A program made the translations under genes and the position numbers. A stretch of DNA of 64,000 nucleotides from Guillardia theta CCMP2712 (lineage: Eukaryota > Protista > Cryptophyta). Below the pieces are notes generated by a model. It did no database searches. It was not told the origin of the DNA and worked only from the letters and a program-made list of their open reading frames with translations. Location of the stretch: contig NW_005434657.1 of the NCBI RefSeq assembly GCF_000315625.1, positions 411,319 to 475,318 of the forward strand. The letters run 5' to 3'. Shown in pieces: positions 31,570 to 45,363 of the stretch (the stretch's first letter is position 1; the number at the start of each line of letters is the position of its first letter).

Positions 31570-34500
31570 ATGAAAGAAAGGGAATGCAGCAGGATCATTC
31601 TGTGCCTTGTTTTCCTATCGGTGAATACTTGAACCGTCTTGGTTCTTGCGTGATGCACTGTGCTAGATCCTTGTGGCAAGCAGCCAGGAAGGCCAGAGGC
31701 ATCAACAAGGTACAAGATTGCACTATCTCCTCGTTGTAGTGAACTACTTCAAGAGCTCGAAGGCCGCTACAGCAATCGCCTCGAGCTGGCAGTGCGATGT
31801 TTAGAGCATGGGATACAACTTCTGCGGTCCGAGCATCATCAGCAGGCACAGGGGTCATCTCGCGTGGCTGCGAGCCGTTGGGTCCTGACCCTCTCACACT
31901 CTACAGGTACATGCAGACCTCCTACAGGATGTCGCAAGACGTGGGGACAGGTGACTTCCTCCTCCTCTGGCTGCCCCCGCCCCTGCCCTCCTCTTTCTCC
32001 TGCTCCTGCTCCTAATCTCATGATCTGAATGTAGCAAACGCAAGCTCGATATCTAACAAGTTGAGATTTGCGTACATCAACGTCAGGATGCAATCGGCCA
32101 TGGTAGACCGTGATGCGCAGCATGCTCCGCTCATGTCCATGCAGTATCTAGGGATGTTGTCTGAGGTAACCAAGTCAGATCACATCGCAAGGGTTGGTAG
32201 AAATACAAATGTGGGGCATTGCCTGATGGCGATGTGCTGCTATCAGAACTACTACATGTCAGCGTTGCGTCTGGCGAAGGAGCACAACAGTGAGATCTCG
32301 CTAGTCTAGAGGGAGGGTGTTGACGAGGATGGCTCCAGGCGTTCCGACCTTCTTTCATGTGTGCAGGCACGTGTTGTCGTTACGGTGCAGCTTCGTGTGT
32401 GTGAAGTTTGTTGGGTGGCAGAGAGAACCTGCGAGCGCTGGTGGAGAGAAAGGTGAAGATCAGGTGGTCGTGGCGAGTTCTGAACCATCGCAAGGCAAAC
32501 AAAGATCACCAGTCCACTGAGGGGTTTTCCTCGGAGAGGTTCCTTGTCTTCAGGTTTTGGGCAGGTAAAATTAGTTTCTTCTCGTGCGTGCCGTCTCATA
32601 CATCCATCGTCTTCCTCTGTCGTGCATCCAGGACTAAGCAACAGGAGGCAAGAGCTGATCGGGATGATCGGAGCAGCGAGGCTCCTGAACCGGACCCTCG
32701 TGCTCCCTGACATGGTGGAAGGAAGGTGGATGGCAAACCACAAGGCTAACAGGTCAGTCTCCCATGTCCTCCTCTCCTCGGGCTCCTGGGATGAGATCGA
32801 GGCAGGAAGCGAGAGGGGGTCGATCGTTTCCATGACCTCCAACGGCTCTCACAAGTGCCGCGCTTGCATTGATGGGTCTCAGCAACGCGCTGACGTGGAC
32901 TTGTGACAGTACATCAAGCTGATAGATCAGAGTCGGTTTGTTTATGAGTGCGTCTCCTGCTCCTGCAGTCTGTCTGGCCCGCTGATCGCGTCCTTGCAGA
33001 GTCGTACCGAAGCTCCCGCCCGTCAACACAGAGCTTCACGTGCGGGACTACGCTTACTCGGGGCAGGTAGATCCCCATGTGCTACTTTCCTTTCCTTTCC
33101 CTGCACTTCTATTGGCTTTCCCTTCAGCCTGTCCGTTGACTTGGGGTCAAGTTTTCTTCCTTCGGGCTGTCCTACGGAACCATCTCCTACGTCTCCCCTG
33201 AGTAACTCCGGCGATCGTGTGGGGCTGCCCATGATTTTGGACGTCTGCCAGTCAAATCCAGTCCCCCCGCCCCCCCCAACAGCTCGAACAAGATCTCGGA
33301 AGAAGGTTGGAAACGTTGAAGACTCCGATGCCTCTGGTAATTTTTCCCCCCAGCAAGCTCCCTGTGCTCGCTATCGACTTCTCCTATCGGTGCTATCTCG
33401 CCATCTACCTGCTTTGCCTGCTCTTGTTTTCTCTCACGCCCGACAACCCCAAGGCTGCTCGACCTCGGCAACGCTGGAGAGTTTGAGTTCTTCAATGGGA
33501 CTGCGGAGTGGACCCCGAGGAGTAAACTCCCATCGAGCTACTTGCCGTGGCAGCTCAAAGTTTTCACTTGGCAGGAATTGACGTGAAATTCACCCCGTCG
33601 GACTTCTACGGTAGTTGGGGAGATGATGTGAAATGAAGTGTTGACGACTGTGATGGTTGGCAGTTGAAATCCTTCAGCATTTGCACTTCTCCCAGCAGAT
33701 CGCGGTGCCTCCTAGTCCACTTTCATTCTTGCTCGCTCCTTCTCTTCTTCTCCTTCCTGCCCTCTTGTCGTGGTCCTACTTTCTTGCTCTACACTCATGA
33801 TTGCTCTCGTTGCAGAGCGCTGGACGCGCCGTCATGCTTGCAACAAATATGAGAGAAAGTTCGTTTCTTGCGGGTCAGTCCTTCTACTGGCGGATGGGGC
33901 ATGACACATATGTTCCAGTGCATCTTCGTAGGAACGACATGTCCTACTGGAAGAATCGGCAGCATGCCTGGCCGGAGACAGACCAAGTGATTGAGCAGGC
34001 ACGTAGGTGGGAAAGAGGCTGAGGGCTGACGAGCCTCCAAGGTCCAGACGCTGGCTCGATCGAGAAACTTGTCCGAAATCTTTCTCGCTACAGACGGTGA
34101 GGCTGGTGGGGGTGGGAGGAGACTGAAAGGAACTGGCTGCAGCGGATGGGAAGGAAATCTCGCGCATCCAGCGGTGAGGACCTGTCGTGCTTGCCATGCC
34201 TGCTGACCCTCTGCCTGTCAGTTCGATCCCCCAGCTCGTCCTCTTCGATCTCGGGCTGCGGAAGCGGATGGGGATAACGACGGGAGAGGCTCAGGTCGCC
34301 ATAGTGGACCAGGTGAGGAGCCCAGCTCTGCCTCTGCATTCTCATCGGCTCTCGTCCTGCAGTTCGTCTGCTCTCGTGCTGCCTCCTTCCTGGGCAACTT
34401 CTGGTCGACCTTCTCCTGGGCGATCATCGAGGTGGTCGAGGCGCGTCCTCGAAGCGACTTGCTCACGGTGGAGCAGGAGAGGCACAAGCTCGGGCACGAC

Positions 34501-34630
34501 AGCAGCAGCAGCCATTTCTTCCAGGTGCGCCTGGTCGAGGTGGTGGAAACAGGAGCACAGTGAGTCCTCGATGCAGGCGCCTCTCCCCCGAGACCATCCG
34601 CTAGCGGAGAGGACGAGGACGTTGAGATGA
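31570..34630 (+). CDS. GDP-fucose protein O-fucosyltransferase-like (O-FucT) protein, multi-exon
   Basis: GLSNRRQELIGMIGAARLLNRTLVLP, YVPVHLRRND, AIVDQ and FLGNFWSTFS. N-terminal hydrophobic anchor IILCLVFL. Confidence 0.7.
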
Positions 34631-35913
34631 CGTGGCGATGTTGTCACATCATCAACAGCAACAACAGCAACAACATACCACAACAATCAACATCGACATA
34701 CTACCTTCACTCACTACGTCATCCGCTTCTCTCATCTCATTACACCATATCACCAGCTCTTCTCATCACATCACCTTATTCATTCGCTACAACACCTCTT
34801 CCTATCACTGCGTCAGCCCCTTCTCTCGTGCCCCCCTCGACGCTGAGCGAGGAAGGGAGGGGAAGGAGGAAGTTCGTGGGTCAGGGGCTGTACAGCGGCA
34901 GCTCAGGGTGCATATCGGTGTTGCGAGCCTTCCAGTCCTGGATGTCTGCAGAAACAAGAGTCAGCTTCCCCCTCCCTCCCCTGCCTCCTGTTCACCCGCC
35001 TCTTGCCTCTCCTTCCGCTCCCCCTCCACTCCTTCCTGCCTCCTATCCCCAAATATGTTGTTCCCGGCTATTTCTGATCGCTCCTCCCTGCCCCTGCCCC
35101 TGCCCCTCCAGTCTCTCCCACCTTGTCTCTTCCTCTGCTTCGCCGACTCCTTTAAGAAGTAGCTTCCAGCTAGCGTGTGGATGTCGTACGCGGGCTTCAT
35201 GGAAGGCCTGCTCGTGCTGGCCCTCCTGCTGGGCTGTGTGCTGGAGTCAGGGGGATAGGAGTCCAGCTGCGATCTGTGAGAGGCAGTCTCGTCGTCCCTG
35301 GGACTTCCGTCTAGCGACCTTCTGCTGGACTTGTGCTGGACCTGAGAGAAAAGTTAGTAAAGGAGCTGAGGGAGGGAGAATAGGACAGGGAGGAAGGTGA
35401 GAGGGAGGGGTTGGTCAGGTGCACAGGATACCAGAAAGTGGGTTGAGGGAAGGAGGACGCTGCAAGCAGTCGATGCAAGGTTGAGGGGGGAGGAGGAGGA
35501 GGAGGAGGAGGAGGAGGAGGAGGAGGAGACGAAAAAAGAGGACGAAAAGAGGTCAGAGGAGGAGGAGGAGGAGGAGGAGGAGGAGGAGGAGGAGGAGGAG
35601 GAGGAGGAGGAGGAGGAGGAGAAGTTGGGTGCGATATGGTCTGGAATGGGGATGGAATACATCAGATGTTCTTCGCAGTCTGAGAGGAGTAGAGGCTGCC
35701 GTGCTAGTCTTGGCGTTGCTCGACGAGTGCAAGGTAGACTGCAGAACGTGATGAGCATCGCAGGAGGGGAGAGGTAGAGAGAGAGGGAGAAGAGAAGAAA
35801 GAAGGAGAGGAGGGGAGGAGGGGGAATGGAAGGTGAGAGAAGTGTTGGAGGGGAGGATCATCGGAGGGAAGGAGTGATGGAGAGGAGGACGGAGGAGAGA
35901 AACGAGGGAGAGA

Positions 35914-38900
35914 TCATTCAGATACGCACATTTCCTGTTCTCGGTTGTAATTCGAACTCGTCAAGGAGGAGCTGAGAGATTGACTGATGTCAACATCATC
36001 ACATGATGCAGGAAACAAGCTGTTACGCTGAATTTGCTTCCCTCCCACGTCTGTTGGCGCTTCCAGTCGAACTTCTGTGGGAAGAAGTTTCAGTGGAGGG
36101 CAGAGAAGTGAGAGGAGGAAGAGGAGGACGTTGAGATGGAGGAGCTGGTCAATGCAGAGGTAATGATAGTTGCAACAGTGATAGTGATGGAGTGGGAGGT
36201 GTAGAGAGGACAGGAGAAGGTGGCAGGATGAGGAGACTGGAGGTAACGGAGAGGAGGGAGGTAGCAACGAGGAGAGGAGACGGAGTTGACTACCTCCTGC
36301 TGCACTTTCTTCTCCTCCTTGACTTGCTTCTCGTTCTGCCCGCTGTGATGCTGCTTGTGGTTGTGGCTCATCTCGGGGAGGGAGAGGAGGATGGAGTGAG
36401 CCAGGCTGCTGCTGGAGGAGGAGCAGACGGGAGCAGAGCTGTGCCGCCGCTCCCTCACCCTCTGTATGGGATGATTCATTCCGTTGCTTTCCTCCCTCAG
36501 ATTCGCCCGAGGGTTCTCGGAGCTCGTCCTCTGCTCTCGTCGCTCGTTCTCCTTGTCGTCTGTGGAGGTCGCCCCGACGTCGCTGGAGGATCGATGAGAC
36601 TTGTGGCGGCTCTTGGAGTGTTTGCGCTCGTGCTGCAGCTTGTTCAGAGCATCCTTTGTTGACTTCTCCATGCTGTCCATCGAGAGGACGAGGAACTTGA
36701 GGATGAGAAGAATGGTCCTGATCCTGATAGGCTCTGTCAGAAACTCCTCCTCCTCGCATCCTCCTCCTCGTCTCCTGCTCCTGCTGCCCCAGCCCCAGCC
36801 CCTGCTCTTACTCCTGCCGCTGCTCTTACTGCTGCCGCTGCTCTTACTCCTGCCCCTGCTCTTACTCCTGCCCCTGCTCTTACTCCTGCCCCTGCTCTTA
36901 CTCCTGCCCCTGCTCTTACTCCTGCCCCTGCTCCTTCCTACTCCTCAAGCTCTCCAGTTCTTACTGTCGGTTGTCGGCTTCGAGCATGGCGTTCGACATC
37001 TCTCTCATCGCAAAACGTTTGAGTTCAACGTACATCCTGCATCAGGGAATCGTCAAACAAGAGAAAGAAGAAAAAGTAGAACCAATGTAAGAAGAAGACA
37101 AGAAGCAAGACAAGAAGCAATAGAGCAAGCAAGAGAACAAGCTGCTCTTACATGGATCTGAACTGCTCCGCGTCGAACTCTCCGTCCTCATTGCAGAGAC
37201 TCCCATCACACGTCAAACTGTCCGGGAGATTGTCAAAATCATCGATATCGACATTGTTTTGATCATCATCCCCATCATCATCTCCATCGTCATCTCCATC
37301 GTCATCTCAATCGTCATCTCCATCGTCATCTCCATCATCATCTCCATCATCATCATCATCTCCATCATCATCATCATCATCATCATCTCCATCATCATCA
37401 TCATCTCCATCACCATCATCACCATCATCATCATCATTGTTATCATCATCTCCATCATCATTGTTATCATCATCTCCATCATCATCTCCATCATCATTGT
37501 CATCATCGCATCATTGTCAGTCACGATGAAGCTCGTCCCTTCTCACCTTGCAAAGTCTCCTTCTGTCATGTGAATCGAATCAGACAGCGGCAGCTTGCGC
37601 CTGCCCAAGCATTCAGCCCTCCTCCTCCTCNNNNNNNNNNNNNNNNNNNNNNNNNNNNNNNNNNNNNNNNNNNNNNNNNNNNNNNNNNNNNNNNNNNNNN
37701 NNNNNNNNNNNNNNNNNNNNNNNNNNNNNNCCTCCTCCTCCTCCTCCTCCTCCTCCTCCTTTCCTACTCCTCCTCCTCCTCCTCCTCCTCCTCCTCCTCC
37801 TCCTCCTCTTCCATCCTCCTCCTCCTCCTCCTCCACTTCCTCCTCCTCCTCCACTTCCTCCTCCTTCCTCCTCCTCCCTCTTCCTCTCTCACTCCTCTTC
37901 CTCCACACCTGGAACATGGTAAAGAGAGATGCGCTGAAATTGCCGAAGAATTCCGGGTGATCCTTGCCGAAGAGATGGGTCGCCATGACGGCATAGACGC
38001 AAGTGATGAGCATCATGATCATGAACGCGTTGATCAGAGGGACCAGGGCAGCGGCCAGCGCTCCCATGATGCGATTGAGAGCCTTGAGCTTCTTGAAGAT
38101 GCGGATAACTCGGAACATCCTGAGGGTTCTGAAGAGAGAGACGAGCCGGAGGGTCTTGGAGTCCACGACGTAGGACCAGACGGACAGGCAGACGACGAAC
38201 AGCTCAAAGATGTTCCACATGTTGGAGTAGAAAGGTTGGAAGTAGTTGTAGGAGCGGGAGAAGAGATTGATAAGAAGCTCCTGCCCCGGATACTTCAATG
38301 GACGCAAAAGAAGGGGAGGAGGAGAAAGGCTGACGAGAGGTGTGAGAAGGAACGGGAGGGGGGAGGGAGCGACGGAGATCAGGAGGGAGGGAGGGGGGGA
38401 GGGAGGGAGGGAGGGAGGGAGCAAGAAGCGTTCGAGGGGTAGGCGGTGGAAGGGGGAAGGAGGGGTCCACTTACAAATGCGAAGACCATCTGCCAAGATT
38501 GTCAGTCATCCCCCACTGAGACCACAAGGAGTCCTACCATGATGCAGAAGTTTATGAGGGACAGGATCGAGTACATGGCGTCCGTCTCCTCCAGCTGCAC
38601 CTCCGCCTGGATGCAGTCGAGCGAGAAGTTCGCGATGATAGAGAGCGCGATGAGCACCTGGGAAAAGATCGACTCGTACACTTGCAGTGTCCTGAACCTG
38701 GCCCACTCGAACCAGCTTCCCCCATGCTGCTCGATCTCCTGCGCTCTCTTCATACTCGCCAGCTGATCCTTAACCCCCAGCTGCAGTGCCGAGCACCAGC
38801 TCTTGACCTCCAACGCGGTCGAGGAGTGGAAGACGTACGCCCGCCCTCCGTTCCTTCCGCTGGAGACCGTCTGAATGACGAATGCAGTCTCCTCCTCCTG

Positions 38901-39811
38901 CGACTGCGGTTCATCAACCTCCTTCACGAACGCGATCTCGTGGAGGGGGACCCAGTCACTCGCTTCTTCCGCGCCCTCATCCAGGAAGACGAACGCGTCT
39001 TGGCACAAGATCGCGTGCTTACTCTTCCAGCTCACCAGCGCTGTCACTTCCTTCCTTTTCAACCTCCCGTCCTTGATCCAGCTGCTAGCAGGAGGAAGGT
39101 GGTACACCGTCTCAACCGCCTCCGCCTTCACGGTGATGGTGCCGTACTTGTTCGACCCTTTGTTCTCCTCCACTTCCAGGTTCGACCGATTTACCTCCCC
39201 TTTGATGACAGACTTCAAGTTGGTCTCGTACCCTCCGAGAAAGTCTTGCTTTGACAAGTCTGTGGTCCCGATCTCGTCGATGTCGTAGATGTCAAACTTG
39301 ATCTCTTGATGCAAGTTGGGTATGAAGTCTACCTCTATCTTCCTTGTGAACCTGTATCAATCAAACTCAGCAACAACGGCTCTATCTCAACCTCCTGACC
39401 GCTCACTTTGGGTTCAGATTATCTTTCATTTGCTCAGTTCGCCCGACCTGCAGAGCAACAGTCAACGCTCGCCAGTCTCTCTGTCATGCTGCGCTTGCTC
39501 ACTTCCACCCAGTGATTGTTCTTGTTCTTGGTAGAGACCTGGACGTGCAGTCACACGTCGATCAACATATGGAGCATGGAGAGTATACCACACAGGTAGG
39601 GTCCGACTTCGACAGGAAGTCTTTGTTCACCAGGTTCCTGCAAGCTTGTCAACACAGTGAGCGGAGGGACAGGTTGGCAGTACGAGCACTCGATGGAGAG
39701 AAGGTACGCCACCAGCTTCCCCTTGTCTGGCAGACTTTCCTCAGACGACTCCATGATCGGGGCAGGCTTGCTTGCTGCAGTATCGAAGCCATTGCTGTGA
39801 GCGATGGGCAT
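35914..39811 (-). CDS. C2 + PH + single-domain (6TM) voltage-gated cation channel; filter and S6 probably hidden in the N gap
   Basis: Copine-like C2 (CRNLVNKDFLSKSDP, KFDIYDID, QDFLG). PH (KDGRLKRK..WKSKHAIL..AFVIQT..VKSWCSAL). S3 WNIFELFVV, S4 LRLVSLFRTLRMFRVIRIFKKL, S5, pore helix FGNFSASLFTMFQ. Confidence 0.8.
36805..36930. repeat. 18-bp intronic tandem repeat (CTGCTCTTACTCCTGCCC)
   Basis: About 7 visible copies. Confidence 0.85.
37260..37505. repeat. Degenerate (CAT)n intronic microsatellite
   Basis: catcatctccatc array. Confidence 0.85.
37631..37730. other. Assembly gap (100 N) inside the channel gene
   Basis: Run of N. Confidence 1.
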
Positions 39812-40364
39812 GATACGTGATGAGAACCTTGGGGTAAGCAGGGTCAACAAGATCGAGACGGAAACGACGGGAACACGAGAGACGTTATGAACACTGGTTT
39901 TCAAGGAACAGGGTAGGACTCGATGCGAAGCTGCGACGATGGAGCTGATGATGTGATAGCTATGGGACTGATGATGTGATAGAGACGAGCGTGCAAAACA
40001 ACACCATGTTCTATGACATTCACTGCAGAAAACTGATGCACTCAATACAATGACTGACAAAACAGATTGGATGTTGGCGACAGAATTCAGAGTCACGAAG
40101 GAGCAGTGGGAAGGATGATTACGAGGAGAGTGAAGTGAAGACAAGAATGTATCAGCCAGGCAAGAGGGAGGAAGAATGAGAGAGTTGAGGAGAGTTGGTG
40201 AGGGGTAGAAGGGGTAGGGAGCGGTAGGGAGCGGTAAGAAGGGAGGGGTATTGCATGCTTTCTCGCAGAGCAGCGCATGGTTGGCACTGTTGTCAATCAT
40301 AAAACTCGTTTTAGAGTTAAAATGATTATAACTTCGTCTGGAGTACAAATATCGACTGTTGTCG

Positions 40365-40930
40365 AGCCACCCCACCCTTCGACCACCCCCCAACATGGAG
40401 AAAATTACCCCTCTATATTAAAGTCTTTAGAGGGGTAGGGGTATGTAGCGGAAAGGGGGGTAGGTTGTTCAACATCGGGATATTATCATCCACTAGGTAG
40501 TACCCCCACCCCTTGTTTCCCAGTCACATATATCTTTCAGGTCATGACCCACCCCCATTGTTTCCTTTCTAGAGACCGGACCCCTCCTACCGGAACAGAC
40601 TCTTCACTCAGAGGCTTCTTTTGCTCAGGCTCGGGCCACGGGTGGGTACTTGTACCGTACCGTACGGTTCGGACTTGCGACCACCCCTACTAACTGCGGT
40701 TCTAGACACCCCTCCGTGTACCTTCTTGGACTTAACTTGAACGGGGATTCAGTGACCCTTGGCATCCTCATGGGCCCGGGCCTGCAGAGTCCGGCCGGAG
40801 CCATTCCCGGGCCGGTGGCAGATCGGACGGTGGGGCAACCGGGCCAGCCCCAGGAAGCCACCGTCGGTCACCAGCGAGGTCATCGAGAAGGAGACTGGTG
40901 CCGACTCCTGCCCATGGAATCTCACGCCCA
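40365..40930. promoter_or_regulatory. TACCC/GGGTA tract plus palindrome module upstream of the channel gene
   Basis: ccacccccaccc and ggggtaggggta, then gtaccgtaccgtacggttcgga and gggcccgggcc. Confidence 0.4.
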
Positions 40931-41045
40931 CGGTGACTTGGCGATCAGCAGACTCCAGCGACTCGTATAGTCCAACTAACACAATCGTGAAACTTTGGAG
41001 CAAGAATGTACAAATGAAGTAGGTAGGAATGAAGTATTAGCTCAG

Positions 41046-42608
41046 CTACAGCCAGGAAGGCCAGCCTCTTCTTCCTTCAACCAGAAACGTGATGTTGATC
41101 CCCACAAACCCGAGCAACACCAGGCCTGCGAAAAAGGACCATGTCAAACCTTCATGCCCGGCAGAGTTCCTGACCGTTACCTCCTCCAACAAAGCTCAGC
41201 AGAGGGCAGGTAATTCCATGAAGAAACGTATCTGCAGCGGCAGAGGCAGGGATCGCTAGGACCGTCCCGATGGTGACGAACAGTGGGCTACTCAAGGCGA
41301 TGGCGATAGCAAGCCACACAAGGTATGCTCCTTCCAAGAAACAGTCCAGGAGGAGGTAAGGAAGAACATCTTCATGCGGCAGAACGAAAGTCTGCGGCGA
41401 AGGTTACCAACATGTCATGTTCGCGTCATCGAGTTGACCGTATATCCGCTGAAGTGCAGAATCGCCGCGGGAGCCCACAGCAGCGTCAGGTTCCACAACC
41501 CCATCCACCCCTGAGACAAGGTCACCGCCGCAGTGGTCGGAGAGCTCGACCCACCACCATGAACCCCAACGACGAGGCCGACCGGAGACCCTCCAACGAG
41601 TCTTGCAAGGGCACATAAGACATGTGCCCATACACCGACTCGTCCTCGTGCGCAACCTCCTCCTCGTTGGCTTGCGACCCGAGCATCTTCAGCAAGACTT
41701 CATAGAGTGCATAGCAGATGGCTGAGCACAAGCACAGCGTATCCCCCCAGAGATTTTCACCCAGCACCACCTGCTGAGCTGCGGACTTGGCTACACACGG
41801 CCACGAGCTACAAACAGGGTCAGCAAGCTCAAGAACTGCTCAGCTGCGGGCATGCCTGATCACTGCGACACCGGAGAAAGTGCATATCGTAGCCAAGACC
41901 TTGATAACTGTGACCTTCTCCCCCAGAATGACCACAGAGATAATGAAGCACCAGACACAGCACGACTGCCAGGGGATGAGATGGGATCGGCAGGGCCAGC
42001 AGACGCTACCTGGTATATGACTGTGTTGACGACATCGTCCGTCAGAGGTATGGAAGCGAACCACAGCCACGTGCACAGGTTGCACAACACTGAAAGCCAG
42101 AAGCTGCTCCACTGCGAGACTGTCAGCCACCAGCCTGCCACAGAACAGGATGAGGTGCTACCAAGAACGTGCCCTGAGGGCGGAAAACCATGTTGGTAAG
42201 AGATTGCCTCCCTTCGCTCTTAGGTATCATGCAGGCAGTGATTCCTCCCATGAGGAACCCTAGGACCATACTGAAGTTGTGCGCCATCCATACCAGCATG
42301 TACGGATTGTTGTACGGATCCACCCCTGAGAGGACGGACTTTGTGACTTCGATCTCTGTGACCCACGTGGCAACGGCTAAGGCTATGAAGAAAAGAGCGC
42401 TGATTCGTTTCCAAGGGATCGACCATGATGAAGAAGCTATCTCCAGTTCTCGGCGATGGTAGGCAAGTGCAATCCTATCGAGAGATCGGAACTCGTCTGA
42501 GTTTCTCCGGGAGCTCGGTGCTTCTGTGCTTGTGTCTGGCCGGTCATCGCTGTCGACCACCTGGTCCAGCAGAGCTTCATTCATCGTCTCGTTGTTCTGG
42601 GCAGCCAT
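41046..42608 (-). CDS. EamA/DMT-superfamily transporter, SLC35F-like
   Basis: Multiple TM segments, including FIISVVILGEKVTVIKVLATICTFSGVAVI, GDTLCLCSAICYALYEVLLK and SPLFVTIGTVLAIPASAAAD. Confidence 0.8.
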
Positions 42609-43617
42609 GATTGGCGCTGCCGTGCAAAGCCTTTGATCCGGCGCAACTACAACATTTTCCTGTGAATTACAAGTCAGAGTATGAAAGCCAAGTCATGGAT
42701 CGATGGATCGATGGCTCTTGTAAGAGCTTGCGCGTGTGATTCCATGACCTCAGTCACTTCTTCGCTTGCTGGGCATCAATATGCCACTCAATCTCGTCCC
42801 GCCTTTTGTGTGATGCGTTGCGCTGGCACCCTCTTTCTACTCTCCTGCTCTTACAGCGCAATGGACTAGAGTCGAGAGACTCTCTAGCACTCATCCTTTC
42901 AGATATACGAAATAGGCATCGCCTTTTTTGCGCAATCGCTACATCCAACCAAAAACTGAAGGAAACAAAGGTGAAAATCCTACCCCACAATCATCAACAG
43001 TGATCCCACTACCTGGAACACTCTTTCACAGGACTCTTCGACCTATCTTGAATCAATCTTGTCCTGTTTCCTCTCCTCCACCTGCTCTCCCTCTCCCTCT
43101 GTCTCTGCCTCTCCCACCATCTCGTCCCTTCGCTCCCCCTGCAACATGGCAAACTGGAAACCAGACTTTCATTGCCATATAACGCTACACCACCCCCTCT
43201 TAGAGCCGAGCAGATTCCTCCCTAGGTAGGGTGATAGAAACCGATTGTACCGGTCATATTCAGCGAATTCACACAGAAAGAAGAGGGTAGGGTGATAATT
43301 TGAGGATGGACCATGATTTGTGTCCTCATACCGCACCCATAGTACCAGTACCCCCCTCCCTTCTATCATAAACAAGGGATGATTAGGTGGGTAGAGGATA
43401 GGCACAGGGTGGGTGATGTGAGCTAGAAGGAGGGGTAGTGGGACCCTCGGCCAGTAGGTGGCAGGGGGTGTATGAGGGGGATGAGAATATGAAACTGGGC
43501 ACGAGAGGGATGAGGGGCTTTGTGACAGGTGGGGTAGTAGAGATGAGAAAGAGGGGGGTGGGGGTGAAAGGAAAGAAAGAAAGAAAGAAGCCCTCGTGCA
43601 CAGGAAAGCCGATCGCC

Positions 43618-44942
43618 ATGCCCCCCAAGTTCGACCCGTCGCAGATCATCGAAGGTGAGGAGGAGGAGGAGGAGGAATGGTGAAGAGGAGGACGAGAAAA
43701 TCAGGAATGCCAAGCACCTGGTGGAGAAGGAGAAGCAGGAGAGAAAGGGGCTCGCACGGACTGGGATAGCTGCGAACAGGAACTCGTGCGGATGAAGGAT
43801 CGCGAGCAGGGGAGAGAATGAGTCGATTCAGAGAGGATGTCAAGTGAAGACAAAAAGCAGGAGCTAGAGTATACGTGTGACGTGCTAGAGGACGTTCAAT
43901 GTGTAGTATAGAAGGAGGTAGACAAACAATACTCCTTGATTGGTGAGTGTTGACAACATGCAAAAATGTGGATCAAGGGTCTTTTTGCTTTATGCATGAC
44001 AGTATTGCACTCCTGAATTAGCTTGAGTGTTTGAGGTATTTGTCACGATTTTGATGTGTAATCCTGTGAAGTTTTTTCTTCGAACAAGAATGACATACTA
44101 TCTGCTGTGCTTCCTTTGTTTGGTTGAACCCGTATGGAGCATATACAAGACACGTATACAAGACAGTTTCTAGCTCAGGGGGAGGGAAGTTGCTGCACAT
44201 TAGACGGTGCCGTGTAGTTCTTGGGCTCTGTCCCACCCGCTGCTCTCTCCCTTGTACGAGCATCTGAAGTCGTTTCCAGTTTCCATCCGTGTCAAGGGAG
44301 GCGAGGTTCCCGGAGGCTCCTCCCTCGCCCCCAAGATCGGTCCTCTTGGTATGGTAAGACGCTCATGACCTGCCGGCTCAGCAGCGCCTGACATGCTGCA
44401 GTCCCCCAAGAAGGTCGGTGATGACATCGCCAAGGCCACCAAGGCCTGGAAGGGAATGAACGTTACTGTCAAGCTTATCTGCCAGAACCGTCAGGCTACC
44501 GTAGTCCTCGTGCCCACCGCGTCCTCCCTGGTCGTCAAGGCGCTCAAGGAGCCAGCAAGAGATCGCAAGAAGGTCAAGCACGTCAAGCACAGCGGCAACA
44601 TCTCCATGGATGAGATTGTCGACATTGCCCGCCAGGTGAGGGGGGGAGGCGATGATTCTGCTGCGGCTGCTGCTGCTGCTGCAAGTATTCGTTGTTTGTG
44701 TTTTCTTGTGTGTTCACCTGCTCTGGCTGATTGTTTGCTCCAGATGCGTGACAAGTCCATGGCTAAGGACTTGAAGGGAACTGTCAAGGAGATTTTGGGA
44801 ACCGCTTTCTCTGTGGGTTGCACTGTTGCTGGCAAGTCTCCCAAGCAGGTGCAGGAGGAGATCGATAGCGGTGAGAGCGACTCGCGACATGCGGCAGACG
44901 CTGATCCTTTGTGCAGGGGAAGTCACCGTCCCGGATAAGTAA
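43618..44942 (+). CDS. RPL12: 60S ribosomal protein L12 (uL11), 5 exons
   Basis: [72 protein letters not shown]. Confidence 0.97.
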
Positions 44943-45363
44943 ATGCAGATAACAAGTGAATAGTAAATTTTGGGAAGAGCGGATGTGTTGTGTTGAGCTT
45001 GGAGGGAAATTAGGAAAAGAATGAAAAACTCTCATGAGTGGAAATTTAAGTTGGTTATTTACTGCCGTGACACCTATCGATGCTCGTCACGCTTGTTGAT
45101 ATCTAGTCTGTGGTGTTGTAGTTCACGAAAGTTTGAATAATTTCTGCATCCGAGCGTTGTTTGCTGCTTGTTTGTCCAGCGCAGCTTACTGGTTCTATAG
45201 CTTTCTTTCTTATCTGAGGTCGAACTTGTTCGTTCGAGATCTACTGCCGATCATGTTGTTGTGTCTGTATGTTTCTTGTGCTTACTGTACATGCCCAGCT
45301 CCACCTTCCGCCATCTTCAACGCTCGAGGGTGGAAGGCAGGAGCAGGAACTGGTTCAATAGCG

